IMG/VR virus record: IMGVR_UViG_2974603165_000001 | Coordinates: 2,589-66,588 of that record | Origin: a virus | Lineage: Duplodnaviria > Heunggongvirae > Uroviricota > Caudoviricetes | Direction: 5' to 3' (one strand) | Length of the DNA stretch: 64,000 nucleotides | Shown here: positions 52,024 through 62,107 of the stretch, one piece after another | Position numbering within the stretch: position 1 is the stretch's first letter | How the letters are laid out: each line of letters opens with the position of its first letter | Position numbers and translations under genes: made by a program | The notes under the pieces: model-generated | What the model saw: the letters and a program-made list of their open reading frames with translations, nothing else | Database searches by the model: none | What the model was told of the DNA's origin: nothing

Positions 52024-54438
52024 TTAGTACGGTGGTACACCTGCCAAGAGGTTGATATCCTGCATGGTTGAAGTCTTGATTTGCTGAGAAATCATATCTT
52101 CCAATGCTCCGGCATCGACCTTGGTTGTCACCTCTACCTCGACCTTCTGAGGTGGTGGTGCTGCGAGTGCTCCGCCTGAACCAGATCCGCCAGTAGGCAT
52201 CAAACCGTTCTTTTGGAGGTAGTCAAGTCTGTTGGCGTCGGTCTGACTTCTTTGTCCTGCAAGCCAATCCCAACCACGGCCTGCCCAAGTGTTCTTCTTG
52301 AGGTTACCGCCAGCAGTGGTCTCAGTTCCAAAGGTGTCATCACTGTAGTTTTGTGCTGCATCGAAGACGACATCTCCAAGCAACATACTACCACCAATGA
52401 TTGATCCGATGATCCCGCCCTTCTTCATCAGACCTTTGGCTTTGTTACCGAAGCCATTCTTCTTCTTCTTGCTTCCACCCTCGTCGTCATCGTCCCCATC
52501 TCCACCACCGAACAGTGATTTTAGCAGTTTAAGGGTCGCGCCCATACCCGCAATAGCTTTGATGATCCCGAGGATACGCGCCAAGGCGTTCGCAAACAGA
52601 AGTGCTCCAACAATCATACCCGCCCAGTTCCAGATGTTGTTCATGCTATCCTTCTGCATACCCAACTTCTCAAGGAACTTGTCGATGATCGCAGTGATCA
52701 GTGTGAAGGTGTTGAAAGCATGTTCAACAATCAGACGCATGATTCGGACGAACCCGCCACCGAACTCACCAAGTGCTTTTCCTAATGGCCCACTACTGTG
52801 GAGCGCCGCAGCCAAGGTGTTGAACAGTTTGGTCATCTCGTCACCGAAACCACCTTCAAAGATCTCAGCCTTGAACTTCATCCAGGACTGACGCATACGC
52901 TCCATCGCAACTCGGTTGGAGTTCATCTGAGCAGTTAAAGCCCCGTTCTTACGAGCGGCTTCTGCAAACTCATTTGCAACCAGAGGGAGGATGTCCTTCG
53001 CCAACAGCTTACCGTTCTTCATCAAGTCTTGCAACTCTGGAACGCCAATCTTATCGTCTTTGAAGTATTTCTGAGCGGCCCTAACGAATGCCTGCATTGA
53101 GCCAGGCAGTGCTTCGGAAAGCTGTCCTTTCAGTTCTTCGGCCTGAATCTGCCCTTTACCAAGCATCTGCCCGATAGCGGTGATACCACGTTGGTATTTA
53201 ACGGAGTCTGCACCAGAAGCGGTTGCGAACTCAGAAAGGGATTTGAACAGGTTATTGGTGTCTTTGTCAGAGATTACACCCTTAGCAGAGACTGCCATCT
53301 GTGTAAAGCCCTGAGATGCGACTTTCAGATCTAAGCCCAGACGATATGACTGGTCTTGAACGAACTGCATCTTCTTACCAGCTTCCTCGGTAGTGTCGGA
53401 AACCATTAACATGGTTGCCTTTGTACTCTCGAAGAATTGACCTGCTGCCAGAACACTGGCGGCACCGTTGAAAGCAGAGTATGCTGCGGTAACACCAATC
53501 AGTGTACGGCGTAGGTTTTTGATGCTATCACCTAACGTCACTGTTTGCCCAGCCGCATTCTTAGCGTTGCGGATCATCTGACCAATCTGGCTGTTGAACT
53601 GGGAGATGTCACCCTTGTTCAAAGCGAAAGAATCAGCGAGGCTGTCAAAGCCTTTAACTTTCTTTCTCCACTTTGGCCCCAGTTGGTTTTCCAGACGACG
53701 CTGTGCGTTACCTACGACGATATCACGACGTTTGATCGCTGCTTCATCAGCGCGGTCGGCCTTGTCTCTTGCTGCTTTGTCCTTGGCACGTTGTTTCTGT
53801 GCATTGGCACTGCTCTTCGCTGCTTGAGCTTCGCGCTTTTTCTCTTCCGCTGCCATCTGACGATGACCACGGTTCATTGCATCAACCTGGGCTTTTGCCG
53901 CTCTTCCTTCTGGGTCGGCCTGTTGACCAGGCTTACCGAAGTGGTTAAGTCCAGACGGTGAGTACCCGGCAGGGGAGTTCATCTGAATAGGACGACGAGG
54001 TTGACCGTTATTGCGATCAGGGCCGTGCTCTTTCTCAAGAGATTTATACCAGTTGCGAAGCTGACTGTACTCTGCTTTACCTTCTGGCGACCTGTTGTTC
54101 GTCAGTCCCCCGACCGCCTGCTTACGTCGAGCGCTCTCGCGTTTTGCAATCGTTGCACGGGCATTGGCTTCTTTCTTGGCTAAAGCAATCGCATGAGCTG
54201 TTGATTTAGCTGCCTCGTTACGCTCTGTCTGAGCAAGGCGCTTAGTCACCAGTTTAGCTTGTTGTGCAGCAGTGAGCAATTTCTCTGCTGGATTATTCTT
54301 TCTGGCAACACTGGAGCCGACCTTCTCCCACTCTTTCTTGAGAGACTTGACTTGCTTTAGTGCTTTGCCGTATGCTGTTTTGTCTACCTGCCACGTTACT
54401 TTGTTGACAGTAGTGGTTACAATGATATTGCCTGCCAT
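52024..54438 (-). CDS. tape measure protein
   Basis: Ala/Lys-rich helical; QMLGKGQIQAEEL.GQLSE.LPG tape-measure motif. Confidence 0.9.
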   Translation of the reverse strand: MAGNIIVTTTVNKVTWQVDKTAYGKALKQVKSLKKEWEKVGSSVARKNNPAEKLLTAAQQAKLVTKRLAQTERNEAAKSTAHAIALAKKEANARATIAKRESARRKQAVGGLTNNRSPEGKAEYSQLRNWYKSLEKEHGPDRNNGQPRRPIQMNSPAGYSPSGLNHFGKPGQQADPEGRAAKAQVDAMNRGHRQMAAEEKKREAQAAKSSANAQKQRAKDKAARDKADRADEAAIKRRDIVVGNAQRRLENQLGPKWRKKVKGFDSLADSFALNKGDISQFNSQIGQMIRNAKNAAGQTVTLGDSIKNLRRTLIGVTAAYSAFNGAASVLAAGQFFESTKATMLMVSDTTEEAGKKMQFVQDQSYRLGLDLKVASQGFTQMAVSAKGVISDKDTNNLFKSLSEFATASGADSVKYQRGITAIGQMLGKGQIQAEELKGQLSEALPGSMQAFVRAAQKYFKDDKIGVPELQDLMKNGKLLAKDILPLVANEFAEAARKNGALTAQMNSNRVAMERMRQSWMKFKAEIFEGGFGDEMTKLFNTLAAALHSSGPLGKALGEFGGGFVRIMRLIVEHAFNTFTLITAIIDKFLEKLGMQKDSMNNIWNWAGMIVGALLFANALARILGIIKAIAGMGATLKLLKSLFGGGDGDDDDEGGSKKKKNGFGNKAKGLMKKGGIIGSIIGGSMLLGDVVFDAAQNYSDDTFGTETTAGGNLKKNTWAGRGWDWLAGQRSQTDANRLDYLQKNGLMPTGGSGSGGALAAPPPQKVEVEVTTKVDAGALEDMISQQIKTSTMQDINLLAGVPPY

Positions 54439-54453
54439 TGATTTCCTCTCAAT

Positions 54454-54485
54454 AAAAAAGCCAGGCTCCCGAGGAAACCTGGCTT
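54454..54485 (-). terminator. intrinsic terminator
   Basis: AAGCCAGG..CCTGGCTT + T run. Confidence 0.65.
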
Positions 54486-54489
54486 GAGA

Positions 54490-54882
54490 TTAACCTCTTC
54501 TGCCTGTACGCGCTCTGTTGGCGGCAGCTTGTGCTTTAGCCGTAGCTTCTTGATCTCGCTCATTGACATCGTTGATGAATTCTTCAACGTCAAGATACTC
54601 GTTCAGTTTCAGGAGGTATGCCATATCTGCACTTTCGAGAGACATGTAGCTTTCACCCTTGAATTGCTTCAAGGCTCTGCACCATAGGTAGTCGAACCAC
54701 GTAAGGGAGCTATTTTTCCTTGCGTACTCAATAGCGCGGAGGACAACCTTGGAAACTTTGGCTGGCGTTACTCCGCTACCGCTTCCGGCTGATCCTGATC
54801 CATCGTGTTCACTTGATGAACCATCCCCATTTTGCCCAGAAGCCCCTTGAGGTCTGCGAAACCGCCCTTCGTGAAAAAACAT
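54490..54882 (-). CDS. tail assembly chaperone, -1 frame extension (G-T type)
   Basis: overlaps chaperone in -1 frame; immediately precedes tape measure. Confidence 0.6.
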   Translation of the reverse strand: MFFHEGRFRRPQGASGQNGDGSSSEHDGSGSAGSGSGVTPAKVSKVVLRAIEYARKNSSLTWFDYLWCRALKQFKGESYMSLESADMAYLLKLNEYLDVEEFINDVNERDQEATAKAQAAANRARTGRRG

Positions 54883-55244
54883 CCGTAGTTGATCTCCAGG
54901 ACACGGGTGACCAGTTTAATCAGGTCAAACACTTTGTCTTGGAAAATACCGTCGATGTCCACTTTACCAACACCGTCAACGATAACATCTTCAAGGATGA
55001 GGTTGAACAGCTTGGTCAGGTCGTCTTCTTCCATCTGCTCAAACAGATAGAGGATTGCGGTTGGAAGAGCCTCTGAAAGGTTCTGTCCACCATTCATCAT
55101 AGATCCACCGATGGTTGCCATCGGTACAGCCACATATCGACCGATCTTCGGCAGGTTCTTCATTACCTTGGTCGGAGACCAGTGGGTGATTTCGAAGTTG
55201 TGACCAGCCAGATCAATCTCTGTAGTTGGTTTGAAAAATGCCAT
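54768..55244 (-). CDS. tail assembly chaperone
   Basis: between tube and tape measure; EINYGCFF motif. Confidence 0.85.
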   Translation of the reverse strand: MAFFKPTTEIDLAGHNFEITHWSPTKVMKNLPKIGRYVAVPMATIGGSMMNGGQNLSEALPTAILYLFEQMEEDDLTKLFNLILEDVIVDGVGKVDIDGIFQDKVFDLIKLVTRVLEINYGCFFTKGGFADLKGLLGKMGMVHQVNTMDQDQPEAVAE

Positions 55245-55323
55245 CGTTTACGCTCCTGCGTCTTTAGTTTATAATGTCCATGCGTGATTGAAAGGCCACG
55301 TCCATGTGGCTCACGAAACACTG

Positions 55324-55797
55324 TTATACGATTCCAGCCAGACCAGCCAGACCGAAGCCTGTTGCAGTCAGGGAATCTGAACTCAGCCATGCGTCCAGGA
55401 TGCCGATTTCCCAGTCCATCTGACCAACCTCGGTGCCGTATGTCAGGTCGGGTTGACGCTGAATCCAGCCGATAGTTGACAGACCAAGACCCTGAGAACC
55501 TTCCAGGAGAACCGGGAAGAAGATCAGACCTGTGATGGATGCTTGCTTCTGCCAAGAGGAGAAGTAGCCGTTCCATTTGGATGTGTTCTGTAGGGAAACC
55601 GTCAGGACACCAGACTGGTTACGGGATAGTGCAGCAGATAGCTCACCATCAACCCCCATGTGGGGGATGATGTTATCTTCGTTACGAGCAACGACGATTT
55701 TGGTGTCCGCAGCAAAACCAGTAACACGCTGAGTCATCAGGTAAAGGCGTACTTTCTTTGGATCATACGCGTAGGGGGTTAGGATAGCTGTATCCAT
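55324..55797 (-). CDS. tail tube protein
   Basis: YDPKKV.L, ITVAR.ED, GVDGE; follows sheath. Confidence 0.85.
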   Translation of the reverse strand: MDTAILTPYAYDPKKVRLYLMTQRVTGFAADTKIVVARNEDNIIPHMGVDGELSAALSRNQSGVLTVSLQNTSKWNGYFSSWQKQASITGLIFFPVLLEGSQGLGLSTIGWIQRQPDLTYGTEVGQMDWEIGILDAWLSSDSLTATGFGLAGLAGIV

Positions 55798-55812
55798 TAT
55801 TCACTCCTGATA

Positions 55813-57237
55813 TTAAACGGTTGCTGTGGTTGTTTGACCAGTAGAGGTCGCTGAACCAGTCTTGTCCAGAAGAACCGTGATGCGGATCTTAATGAAGTGC
55901 AGAGCGCCGTTGTAAACAACTTCGACCTTCACATTGTTCAGAGTACGCGTCGCCAGATCGTTGGACGGAATGCTTGAACGAGTCGGGATAGTGATCACCG
56001 GATCGTAGAACACTTTATTGGTTTCGTCGTAACCAGTCAGAATTGCACCGTTAGCGATACCAGTGTTGATCGGAGAGTTCATCATCACAGACTTGAGGTT
56101 CGGCAGGTCATCGTCACTCATCTTGACGCTCAGGCCAAGGTTAGAACGGCGAGACATGTACGCGAAGAGAGATTCTTCGGTACGGTACTTCATCCAGTGT
56201 CCGAAACGGATAACGTCAACGTATTGACCGGATGCCACCTTGCCTTCCCAGAACGCACCGACACCGTTGATTGTACGGTAGAAGTTAACGTTCTGTCCCC
56301 AGATGTTTGCACGTTGGGTCAGGGTCAGTTCTGGAGCAACAACACCTGACATGATTTTCAGGTGGATGGAGTCACCGTAGGACGGGTCGTTAGACGCCAT
56401 CGCACCGATGATGCCTGCTTCCGGGAACGTAGTGTCGGCAGTTGGATCGTACATACCGATTGAGGTATCATACGCCAGTGCTTTCAACTGAGCCGCGATG
56501 CTGTCATCTTCGTTTGCCGGGATGCCTGCGTCTTGACTTGAATAAACGTGTAGTTTATAGTTCGTAGAAGCATATGCAGCCGCTGCCAGGATTGTCGCGT
56601 CAGCGTGAGATTCTGTGGTCAGGAAATACCAGTCAGAAGAACTCGCGTTGATCGCTGGGATCACTGAGTTGAATGTTTCGTTGGTAGTGCTGGTCACAAC
56701 ATAGTTGCCCTGGTCTTTACCAATGCTGAACAGACCACCATTCGCTGCTACAACAGTAACCTTGCCAGCGTCGGCAGCAGTACCTGCGGTTGCAGTCAGA
56801 ACGTCGTCCAGAGTTGTGTCTGCGGAGATCGCTGCCACCAATGCGGTCGCCAGGGACGCAGGGGTAGATTCAGCAGTTACCGGAAGGACAAAGCTGGTGG
56901 AGTAGTTGCCAGAGACAACGTTAACGCCAACAGGCACTGTCGGATCGATGTTGCTTTGCCCAGTGAAATCAATCACGGTGTTGACAAGACCCATACGCCC
57001 AATACGGATGTACTGAGGTGGGAACTTACCAGCAAAGGCTTTGGTTGCGTAGATGTACGCCGGGGAGCCGGGAGCGAAACCATCAGCTACCATTGAGTCT
57101 GTGTCACCGTAGATACGCTGACGCTCTGCAAAGGCGTTGTGAATGGAGACGAACAGAGGAGTTTCAAACCCTTCTGTGGTAATCGGCTGCGTCCCGAGGT
57201 CAACTGTTACATCAACCACTTTATCGTTATAAGCCAT
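55813..57237 (-). CDS. tail sheath protein (DUF3383-type)
   Basis: F.TPLF, DWYF, PEA, ANIW..N.NFY, GKV.SG.YVDV.R..HW. Confidence 0.9.
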   Translation of the reverse strand: MAYNDKVVDVTVDLGTQPITTEGFETPLFVSIHNAFAERQRIYGDTDSMVADGFAPGSPAYIYATKAFAGKFPPQYIRIGRMGLVNTVIDFTGQSNIDPTVPVGVNVVSGNYSTSFVLPVTAESTPASLATALVAAISADTTLDDVLTATAGTAADAGKVTVVAANGGLFSIGKDQGNYVVTSTTNETFNSVIPAINASSSDWYFLTTESHADATILAAAAYASTNYKLHVYSSQDAGIPANEDDSIAAQLKALAYDTSIGMYDPTADTTFPEAGIIGAMASNDPSYGDSIHLKIMSGVVAPELTLTQRANIWGQNVNFYRTINGVGAFWEGKVASGQYVDVIRFGHWMKYRTEESLFAYMSRRSNLGLSVKMSDDDLPNLKSVMMNSPINTGIANGAILTGYDETNKVFYDPVITIPTRSSIPSNDLATRTLNNVKVEVVYNGALHFIKIRITVLLDKTGSATSTGQTTTATV

Positions 57238-57356
57238 TGATATCCTCTTCTTTATATCTGCTCATACAGTTATTGACCAGCACAGGTGTGCCATATTTGG
57301 AGGCCGAAGCCTCCGATACGATCACTAATAAGCGTGTGCTTACCAATAACCGACTG

Positions 57357-57896
57357 TTAGGTTGTCGTCGGATCATTGAAAGAATAAACCATTTGCATGT
57401 TGATCTTATCAATGTCTTCAAACGCTTGGGTGTCCACAGCCATGAAGTTCACGTTGAAGGTGATGATCACCACAGCGCGGTTTTCAAACTTCTGCATGTT
57501 CAACGGAATTCTCAGACGAGAGATCGTCGAAGATGAAGAATATGCAAAGGCAGATGGACTCGGGAAGTATTTTTCGTAGAAGAACGGGAGGTTGAGGGAT
57601 TGTAATACTTTCGTCAGATCAGCGAATGCTTTTCCACGGTAAGCGGTCAGCGTGTACGTCACCTCATAGTTGTGAGACACGGCTGCATTTCCTAACTCAT
57701 CCTGCCACTCATTGTCTGTCCAATCCAACTGGGTTGCAGCGGTCTGGGAGACTAAAATGAACTCTTCATCTACCTTTGGAATCGTCTCGTCATCGTCGAG
57801 CACAACCTTGCGCCCGGTAACCTCTTTGGAGAGGCGACCAAGCGTTTTGGTCAGGAGGTCGAAGACCTCATCTGTGTTTACGAATCCTGCCATCAC
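57357..57896 (-). CDS. tail terminator/completion protein
   Basis: position between neck genes and sheath. Confidence 0.7.
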   Translation of the reverse strand: MMAGFVNTDEVFDLLTKTLGRLSKEVTGRKVVLDDDETIPKVDEEFILVSQTAATQLDWTDNEWQDELGNAAVSHNYEVTYTLTAYRGKAFADLTKVLQSLNLPFFYEKYFPSPSAFAYSSSSTISRLRIPLNMQKFENRAVVIITFNVNFMAVDTQAFEDIDKINMQMVYSFNDPTTT

Positions 57897-58330
57897 ATAC
57901 CCCCTGATGTTCCGGCTGGCACAGCGACCACAAAGGATCGGAATCTTGCCACACCGGATGAGGGATATGGGTCAGCCTTGATTACGGTGAACCAAGTCAT
58001 TACGCCCGTAGTTGATGGTAGGTAGATTTGGTCAGCGAGATCCATAGAACCTTCAACCGGGCCGCGTAGCGGGATTGAAGAGTAAACAGTGAACGAGTCA
58101 TACTGCTTACCACCTTCCAACATAAGCTGAGAGGTGTAGTCTCTTGCTGCCTTGCCTGTCATCGGTTGTACAACGCACTCAATCACATCGAATGGAGTGT
58201 ACGTCAATTCAACACCACCGTTCTCAAACGGGTTGTCGTCATCAACCTTGACATATTCCCTGTGACGACCCTGGTAGGTGGGACGGGGAATCAATCTGTT
58301 CTTTCCGATCAGTTTATAACCGACTGCCAT
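57893..58330 (-). CDS. head closure protein
   Basis: VQP..G, F.VYS..PL pattern; position. Confidence 0.7.
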   Translation of the reverse strand: MAVGYKLIGKNRLIPRPTYQGRHREYVKVDDDNPFENGGVELTYTPFDVIECVVQPMTGKAARDYTSQLMLEGGKQYDSFTVYSSIPLRGPVEGSMDLADQIYLPSTTGVMTWFTVIKADPYPSSGVARFRSFVVAVPAGTSGGM

Positions 58331-58806
58331 TATTCCTCCTTATCCTTTCCTTTACTCACCTTGAACGTTGCGGAATCTCTCAGGTCTCCGTAGTGGATCA
58401 ATGCCTCACTGAAACCTTTGACATCTGCCCATCCTTCTGATACTGTCGGGTGTGGGAACTTACCAGCATCAATAACAAATTTGATCTTTTCGGCACCAGC
58501 CTTTCCGATCATATTGAATATTGCAGCCGGGTTCTTACCGCCAGCGGCGAAGTAAGTAAAAAGATCTCTCTGGAACTTTTTAAGTGGCTTGTCGAACAAG
58601 ACTGCCGTGCTGGTCATGAACGAACGTGCTGGCAACCCGCCCCAACCCTGCTCATGAATAGCTGCAAGCGTTGCAGTATTAAGGCCGGAGTAGTGCGGGT
58701 CGTCATAGAATCCGTAGGTCACCTGGCGGTAATCGAGAACTTTAACAGCTTTGAAAAAGTTTTCGAATTGGCTCAAATCTTGTTTGCTTGTGAATTTCAC
58801 AGTCAT
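58330..58806 (-). CDS. neck/tail completion protein
   Basis: ATLAAIHE.G..G.PARSFM, ALIHYGDL. Confidence 0.8.
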   Translation of the reverse strand: MTVKFTSKQDLSQFENFFKAVKVLDYRQVTYGFYDDPHYSGLNTATLAAIHEQGWGGLPARSFMTSTAVLFDKPLKKFQRDLFTYFAAGGKNPAAIFNMIGKAGAEKIKFVIDAGKFPHPTVSEGWADVKGFSEALIHYGDLRDSATFKVSKGKDKEE

Positions 58807-58824
58807 AGCCGTATCCGTTTAGGT

Positions 58825-58853
58825 ATTTTACCACGTTATCTTAGCAAAATCAA
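58825..58853 (-). promoter_or_regulatory. extended -10 promoter
   Basis: TTGATT-17-TAAAAT with TG. Confidence 0.6.
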
Positions 58854-58860
58854 TGGGATT

Positions 58861-59385
58861 TTACCAGCGGGGAGAGTAAGCAGGCAAATTACTCGGATAG
58901 CGACGTGGAATACACGGAATACCTGTCTGAGGAACAATGCCACCAACGTCATAAAGACTCTTGGAATTAGGATCATTCTTCACACGACGGAACTCGTCTT
59001 GACGCACACCACCGATAATAACGAAGCTGCTCACCGCATTCAGCGAAGGATCAACGTAGTCAGGGTTTGCTAATAGCCAGTCAAGGAAGTCTTTCCAGTT
59101 CTGGAATGAAGAACCGCCTTTTACCTGGATGGTTTCGTCACCGATCTTCTCCATACGTTCTGTGATGCTTGCTTCACCGCTTGCAATCTCTTGCATGATC
59201 AGCCAACGAACACAGGAAACCAGTGTGTTATAAATCACCAGAGGTAGTCGCTCTGGATGGTTTACCAGATCCTGTCTTACCTTCTCCATTGCGAGGAAGG
59301 TTTGAATAGTCAGGTCTGGAAGCGCCTCGTCGGAGATAGACCCCAGCAGTAGGCGGATGTAGTCGATAATCTCTTGATCTGTCAT
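58861..59385 (-). CDS. head-tail adaptor
   Basis: IRLLLG..SD..L.D..I pattern; EKIGDE; position. Confidence 0.75.
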   Translation of the reverse strand: MTDQEIIDYIRLLLGSISDEALPDLTIQTFLAMEKVRQDLVNHPERLPLVIYNTLVSCVRWLIMQEIASGEASITERMEKIGDETIQVKGGSSFQNWKDFLDWLLANPDYVDPSLNAVSSFVIIGGVRQDEFRRVKNDPNSKSLYDVGGIVPQTGIPCIPRRYPSNLPAYSPRW

Positions 59386-59421
59386 GAGGATCTCCGGTTG
59401 ACAAAATATGAGCCTGTATTG

Positions 59422-59450
59422 ATTTTAACATGAAAACCAATATTTTTCCA
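59422..59450 (-). promoter_or_regulatory. extended -10 promoter
   Basis: TGGAAA-17-TAAAAT with TG. Confidence 0.5.
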
Positions 59451-59463
59451 TTGTACAGATACG

Positions 59464-59485
59464 AAAAAAGCCCCGAAGGGCTTTT
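59464..59485 (-). terminator. intrinsic terminator
   Basis: AAAAGCCC-TTCG-GGGCTTTTTT. Confidence 0.8.
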
Positions 59486-59487
59486 GA

Positions 59488-62067
59488 TTAGGTGATCGTC
59501 ACCGCTACAGCATTCGTGGTCGCCTGGTTCGTAGTGACAGTGGAATCTGCCGCTCCAAGTTGACCCTTGATGATTGCACGGTATTGACCTGCGTCTCCAG
59601 CCACAACAGACGCCTTGGTGTAGGTAGCAGCAGTTGCTCCGCTGATATCCGTCCAAGTGCTTCCTGAATCGGTAGACTTCTGCCACTGGTAACGCGCTGC
59701 ATCGTTCGCTGCGGTTGTCAGTGTTAGAGTTCCTCCGGTTGCCACTGTTTGAGCAGTCGGCTGTGTTGTAATCACAGGGGTGTAGGCGTAGTATGGCATT
59801 GCATACTCAATCCCGTTGATGTTCACACGCAGCCACTGACGCGGTTTTGATGTGTCCACCGGAACTGTGCCGGAAGCCTGTGAGCGACTTTGGATGGCAG
59901 CGACATCGCCCTTAGCTCCAAATCCAGCCTCTCCAGTATGGAACGCAAAGCGTCCAGGGATCTGGTTAAGACCTGGGTTTGCTGCCTGAGAAACACCGGA
60001 AGGTGTAAACGCAGCAGGGATGCCAGCTTCTTTCCTTGTCAGGCCAGTTCCTTCAACGAAGATGGTGAACTCACCACAACGCGCTCGGATAGGAATCCAA
60101 ACTGCCGGGATGATGTCATTCGAAGATTGAGTCTGGTATTGCGGGTAGATTGTTGAAGTCACCGCAGCCAGAGGCCCAGCACCCTCAGTGTACCAAGACA
60201 CTTTCGGTACGTTACCTGTTCCTCGTCCGATATTGATGACTGCCTCACCTTGGAGGTTGTCTGTCAACATGGTTTGTGTTGAACTGGTATTGTAGAAAGA
60301 ACCACCTAAGATTCTGACTCGCCACAAACCACCGTTCGTAGGGTTACGGAAGGAACCGACGTTTACCCACAAAATGTTGTCTGTGTTGTTGGTGCCACGC
60401 AGATACCCACGTCCCCATTGATAAACAACCGGGCAATCGAAGTATGCACCGTAGCTCATCATCAGCCAGTAACCTTGGTCGTAACCGCCAGTCCAAGCTG
60501 TGATGTCAGATCCGTCTGGGTTCTTAGGATAACTTGCCCATGTCCCGCTGGTCGGTGAACTTCTGTCGAAGTCATTTCCTGTTGGAACTGAAAGGGTGAT
60601 ACAAGTTGTCTTAGAATACCACATGTGCGGGTTCTTGCGACAGTCTTCGATGCAGATCATGCCCATATCCCATTGACCGTTGTTGATGTCAAAAGGAACG
60701 GTTCCGTGTTCGAACCAGCAGTTGTTCATGATCGCCTGAGCACAACGTGGTGCCCAAATTGCCGGAGCAACCATTGTTGAGAAGTTACAGTTTCTGATCT
60801 CAAGAGATGTCGAGTGATCCCAAACACCTGTTGTCTGTCCTGACCATCCTACCTGGATAACCGGGCCAGCAGTAATAGAACTGAAAATCTGTTCAACTTT
60901 GGAGTCCAACGTATCCAGCAGGTAGAAGGTGTACGACCCTGTGTTCACTGCGTTGATGCAGGAGATTCGAGCGTAACATCCACCAGGACATTCGTTTTTA
61001 AGGAATGGCTGTTTGTTGGAGGCTGTATCGTTGAAGATACCTTGTGTTGCACCTACCAGCAGGTTAGTGCCTGTAGGGTTTGACGTTGCGTTGTACTGAT
61101 CCACTTTTGTGGTTTGCTGACCATCCCAGATGAAGTTATGGAAAGAAACACGACGGTGGTTGATCAGGAAAACAGGCGCGTCTGATTTGTCAGAGATGAT
61201 TCGTGTTGCGATCATCTTGCCTGATTGTACAGCAACACCTTCGATGCGTAAAGAGGATGCGGCTGCGTAGCCTGATGGGTTGAATGCAAGGTCTGCTGAG
61301 TTGCTTGCCAGCTTCACACCGAACTTGTTATACTCACCAGGAGAGATGAAATAGGTTCCTGCACCAAAGCGTAGTGTCAGTGCCGGGGAATATCCACCTG
61401 CACCAGCGGAAGTCCCGCCTGTCTTAGCTCTTGCGTAGGCACCGAAGAGGAAGTTGATGTAGGCTTGGAACGCAGGCTGTGCGTCGGTAACACCGTCAGC
61501 AAGTCCACCGAAGTCACCAATGTAGAGGTCTTCGATGCTCTTGTCTCTTTGCCAGTGCCAACTACCACCCGCAGAAGCTACATATCCGCCATCATCTGCT
61601 TGTTTTGTTTTTCTGCCGATGAACCAGCCACCACCTTCCGGTAGGTAGATCGCCAGGGCCGCAGCAGTGTGACATTTGATGTACACACGCTCACCCTCAT
61701 AGGCGGGTTCTCGACTGCGAAGTGCTGCAAAGTTTGCCAGTCCGTCGATATCTGTCTTGACTACACCACCCAAGTTTGAAAGGGCCGTGCCTTTGTCAGT
61801 CAGATCGGATAGATTGTCTGCCTTCTTGGAGTACGGTGTCAAGTCAACATTCGACCCACCGCCTGTGGAGGATAGTGTTCCGTCTTCTGTGACAGAAAGA
61901 CCAGACCCTACCTTCACGCCACCAAGTGTGGTTTCAGTTGCAACCGGGAGATCTCCAGTTCCACCACCTGCACCATCTGCAAGCTGGGAGACTTCAATCA
62001 CGACCTTAGTCTTCAAATCGACCAACTTTGTTGCATAAACCACTCCACCAGAACCTGTAGTTGCCAT
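59488..62067 (-). CDS. WceF/AmsF-like tailspike-fold (beta-helix) polysaccharide enzyme with C-terminal Ig domain
   Basis: FAALR..P..EGER..GGG.F..DDGG..W.R then DFG..ADG.TDA.PAF (beta-helix cap), GAGTY; C-term PVIT.QP..YQWQK..DAGQYR I-set Ig. Confidence 0.7.
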   Translation of the reverse strand: MATTGSGGVVYATKLVDLKTKVVIEVSQLADGAGGGTGDLPVATETTLGGVKVGSGLSVTEDGTLSSTGGGSNVDLTPYSKKADNLSDLTDKGTALSNLGGVVKTDIDGLANFAALRSREPAYEGERVYIKCHTAAALAIYLPEGGGWFIGRKTKQADDGGYVASAGGSWHWQRDKSIEDLYIGDFGGLADGVTDAQPAFQAYINFLFGAYARAKTGGTSAGAGGYSPALTLRFGAGTYFISPGEYNKFGVKLASNSADLAFNPSGYAAASSLRIEGVAVQSGKMIATRIISDKSDAPVFLINHRRVSFHNFIWDGQQTTKVDQYNATSNPTGTNLLVGATQGIFNDTASNKQPFLKNECPGGCYARISCINAVNTGSYTFYLLDTLDSKVEQIFSSITAGPVIQVGWSGQTTGVWDHSTSLEIRNCNFSTMVAPAIWAPRCAQAIMNNCWFEHGTVPFDINNGQWDMGMICIEDCRKNPHMWYSKTTCITLSVPTGNDFDRSSPTSGTWASYPKNPDGSDITAWTGGYDQGYWLMMSYGAYFDCPVVYQWGRGYLRGTNNTDNILWVNVGSFRNPTNGGLWRVRILGGSFYNTSSTQTMLTDNLQGEAVINIGRGTGNVPKVSWYTEGAGPLAAVTSTIYPQYQTQSSNDIIPAVWIPIRARCGEFTIFVEGTGLTRKEAGIPAAFTPSGVSQAANPGLNQIPGRFAFHTGEAGFGAKGDVAAIQSRSQASGTVPVDTSKPRQWLRVNINGIEYAMPYYAYTPVITTQPTAQTVATGGTLTLTTAANDAARYQWQKSTDSGSTWTDISGATAATYTKASVVAGDAGQYRAIIKGQLGAADSTVTTNQATTNAVAVTIT

Positions 62068-62086
62068 TTTGTCCCTTACAGAAAAG

Positions 62087-62105
62087 AAAAGCCCCGAAGG
62101 GCTTT
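62087..62105 (-). terminator. intrinsic terminator
   Basis: AAAGCCC-TTCG-GGGCTTTT. Confidence 0.75.
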
Positions 62106-62107
62106 AA

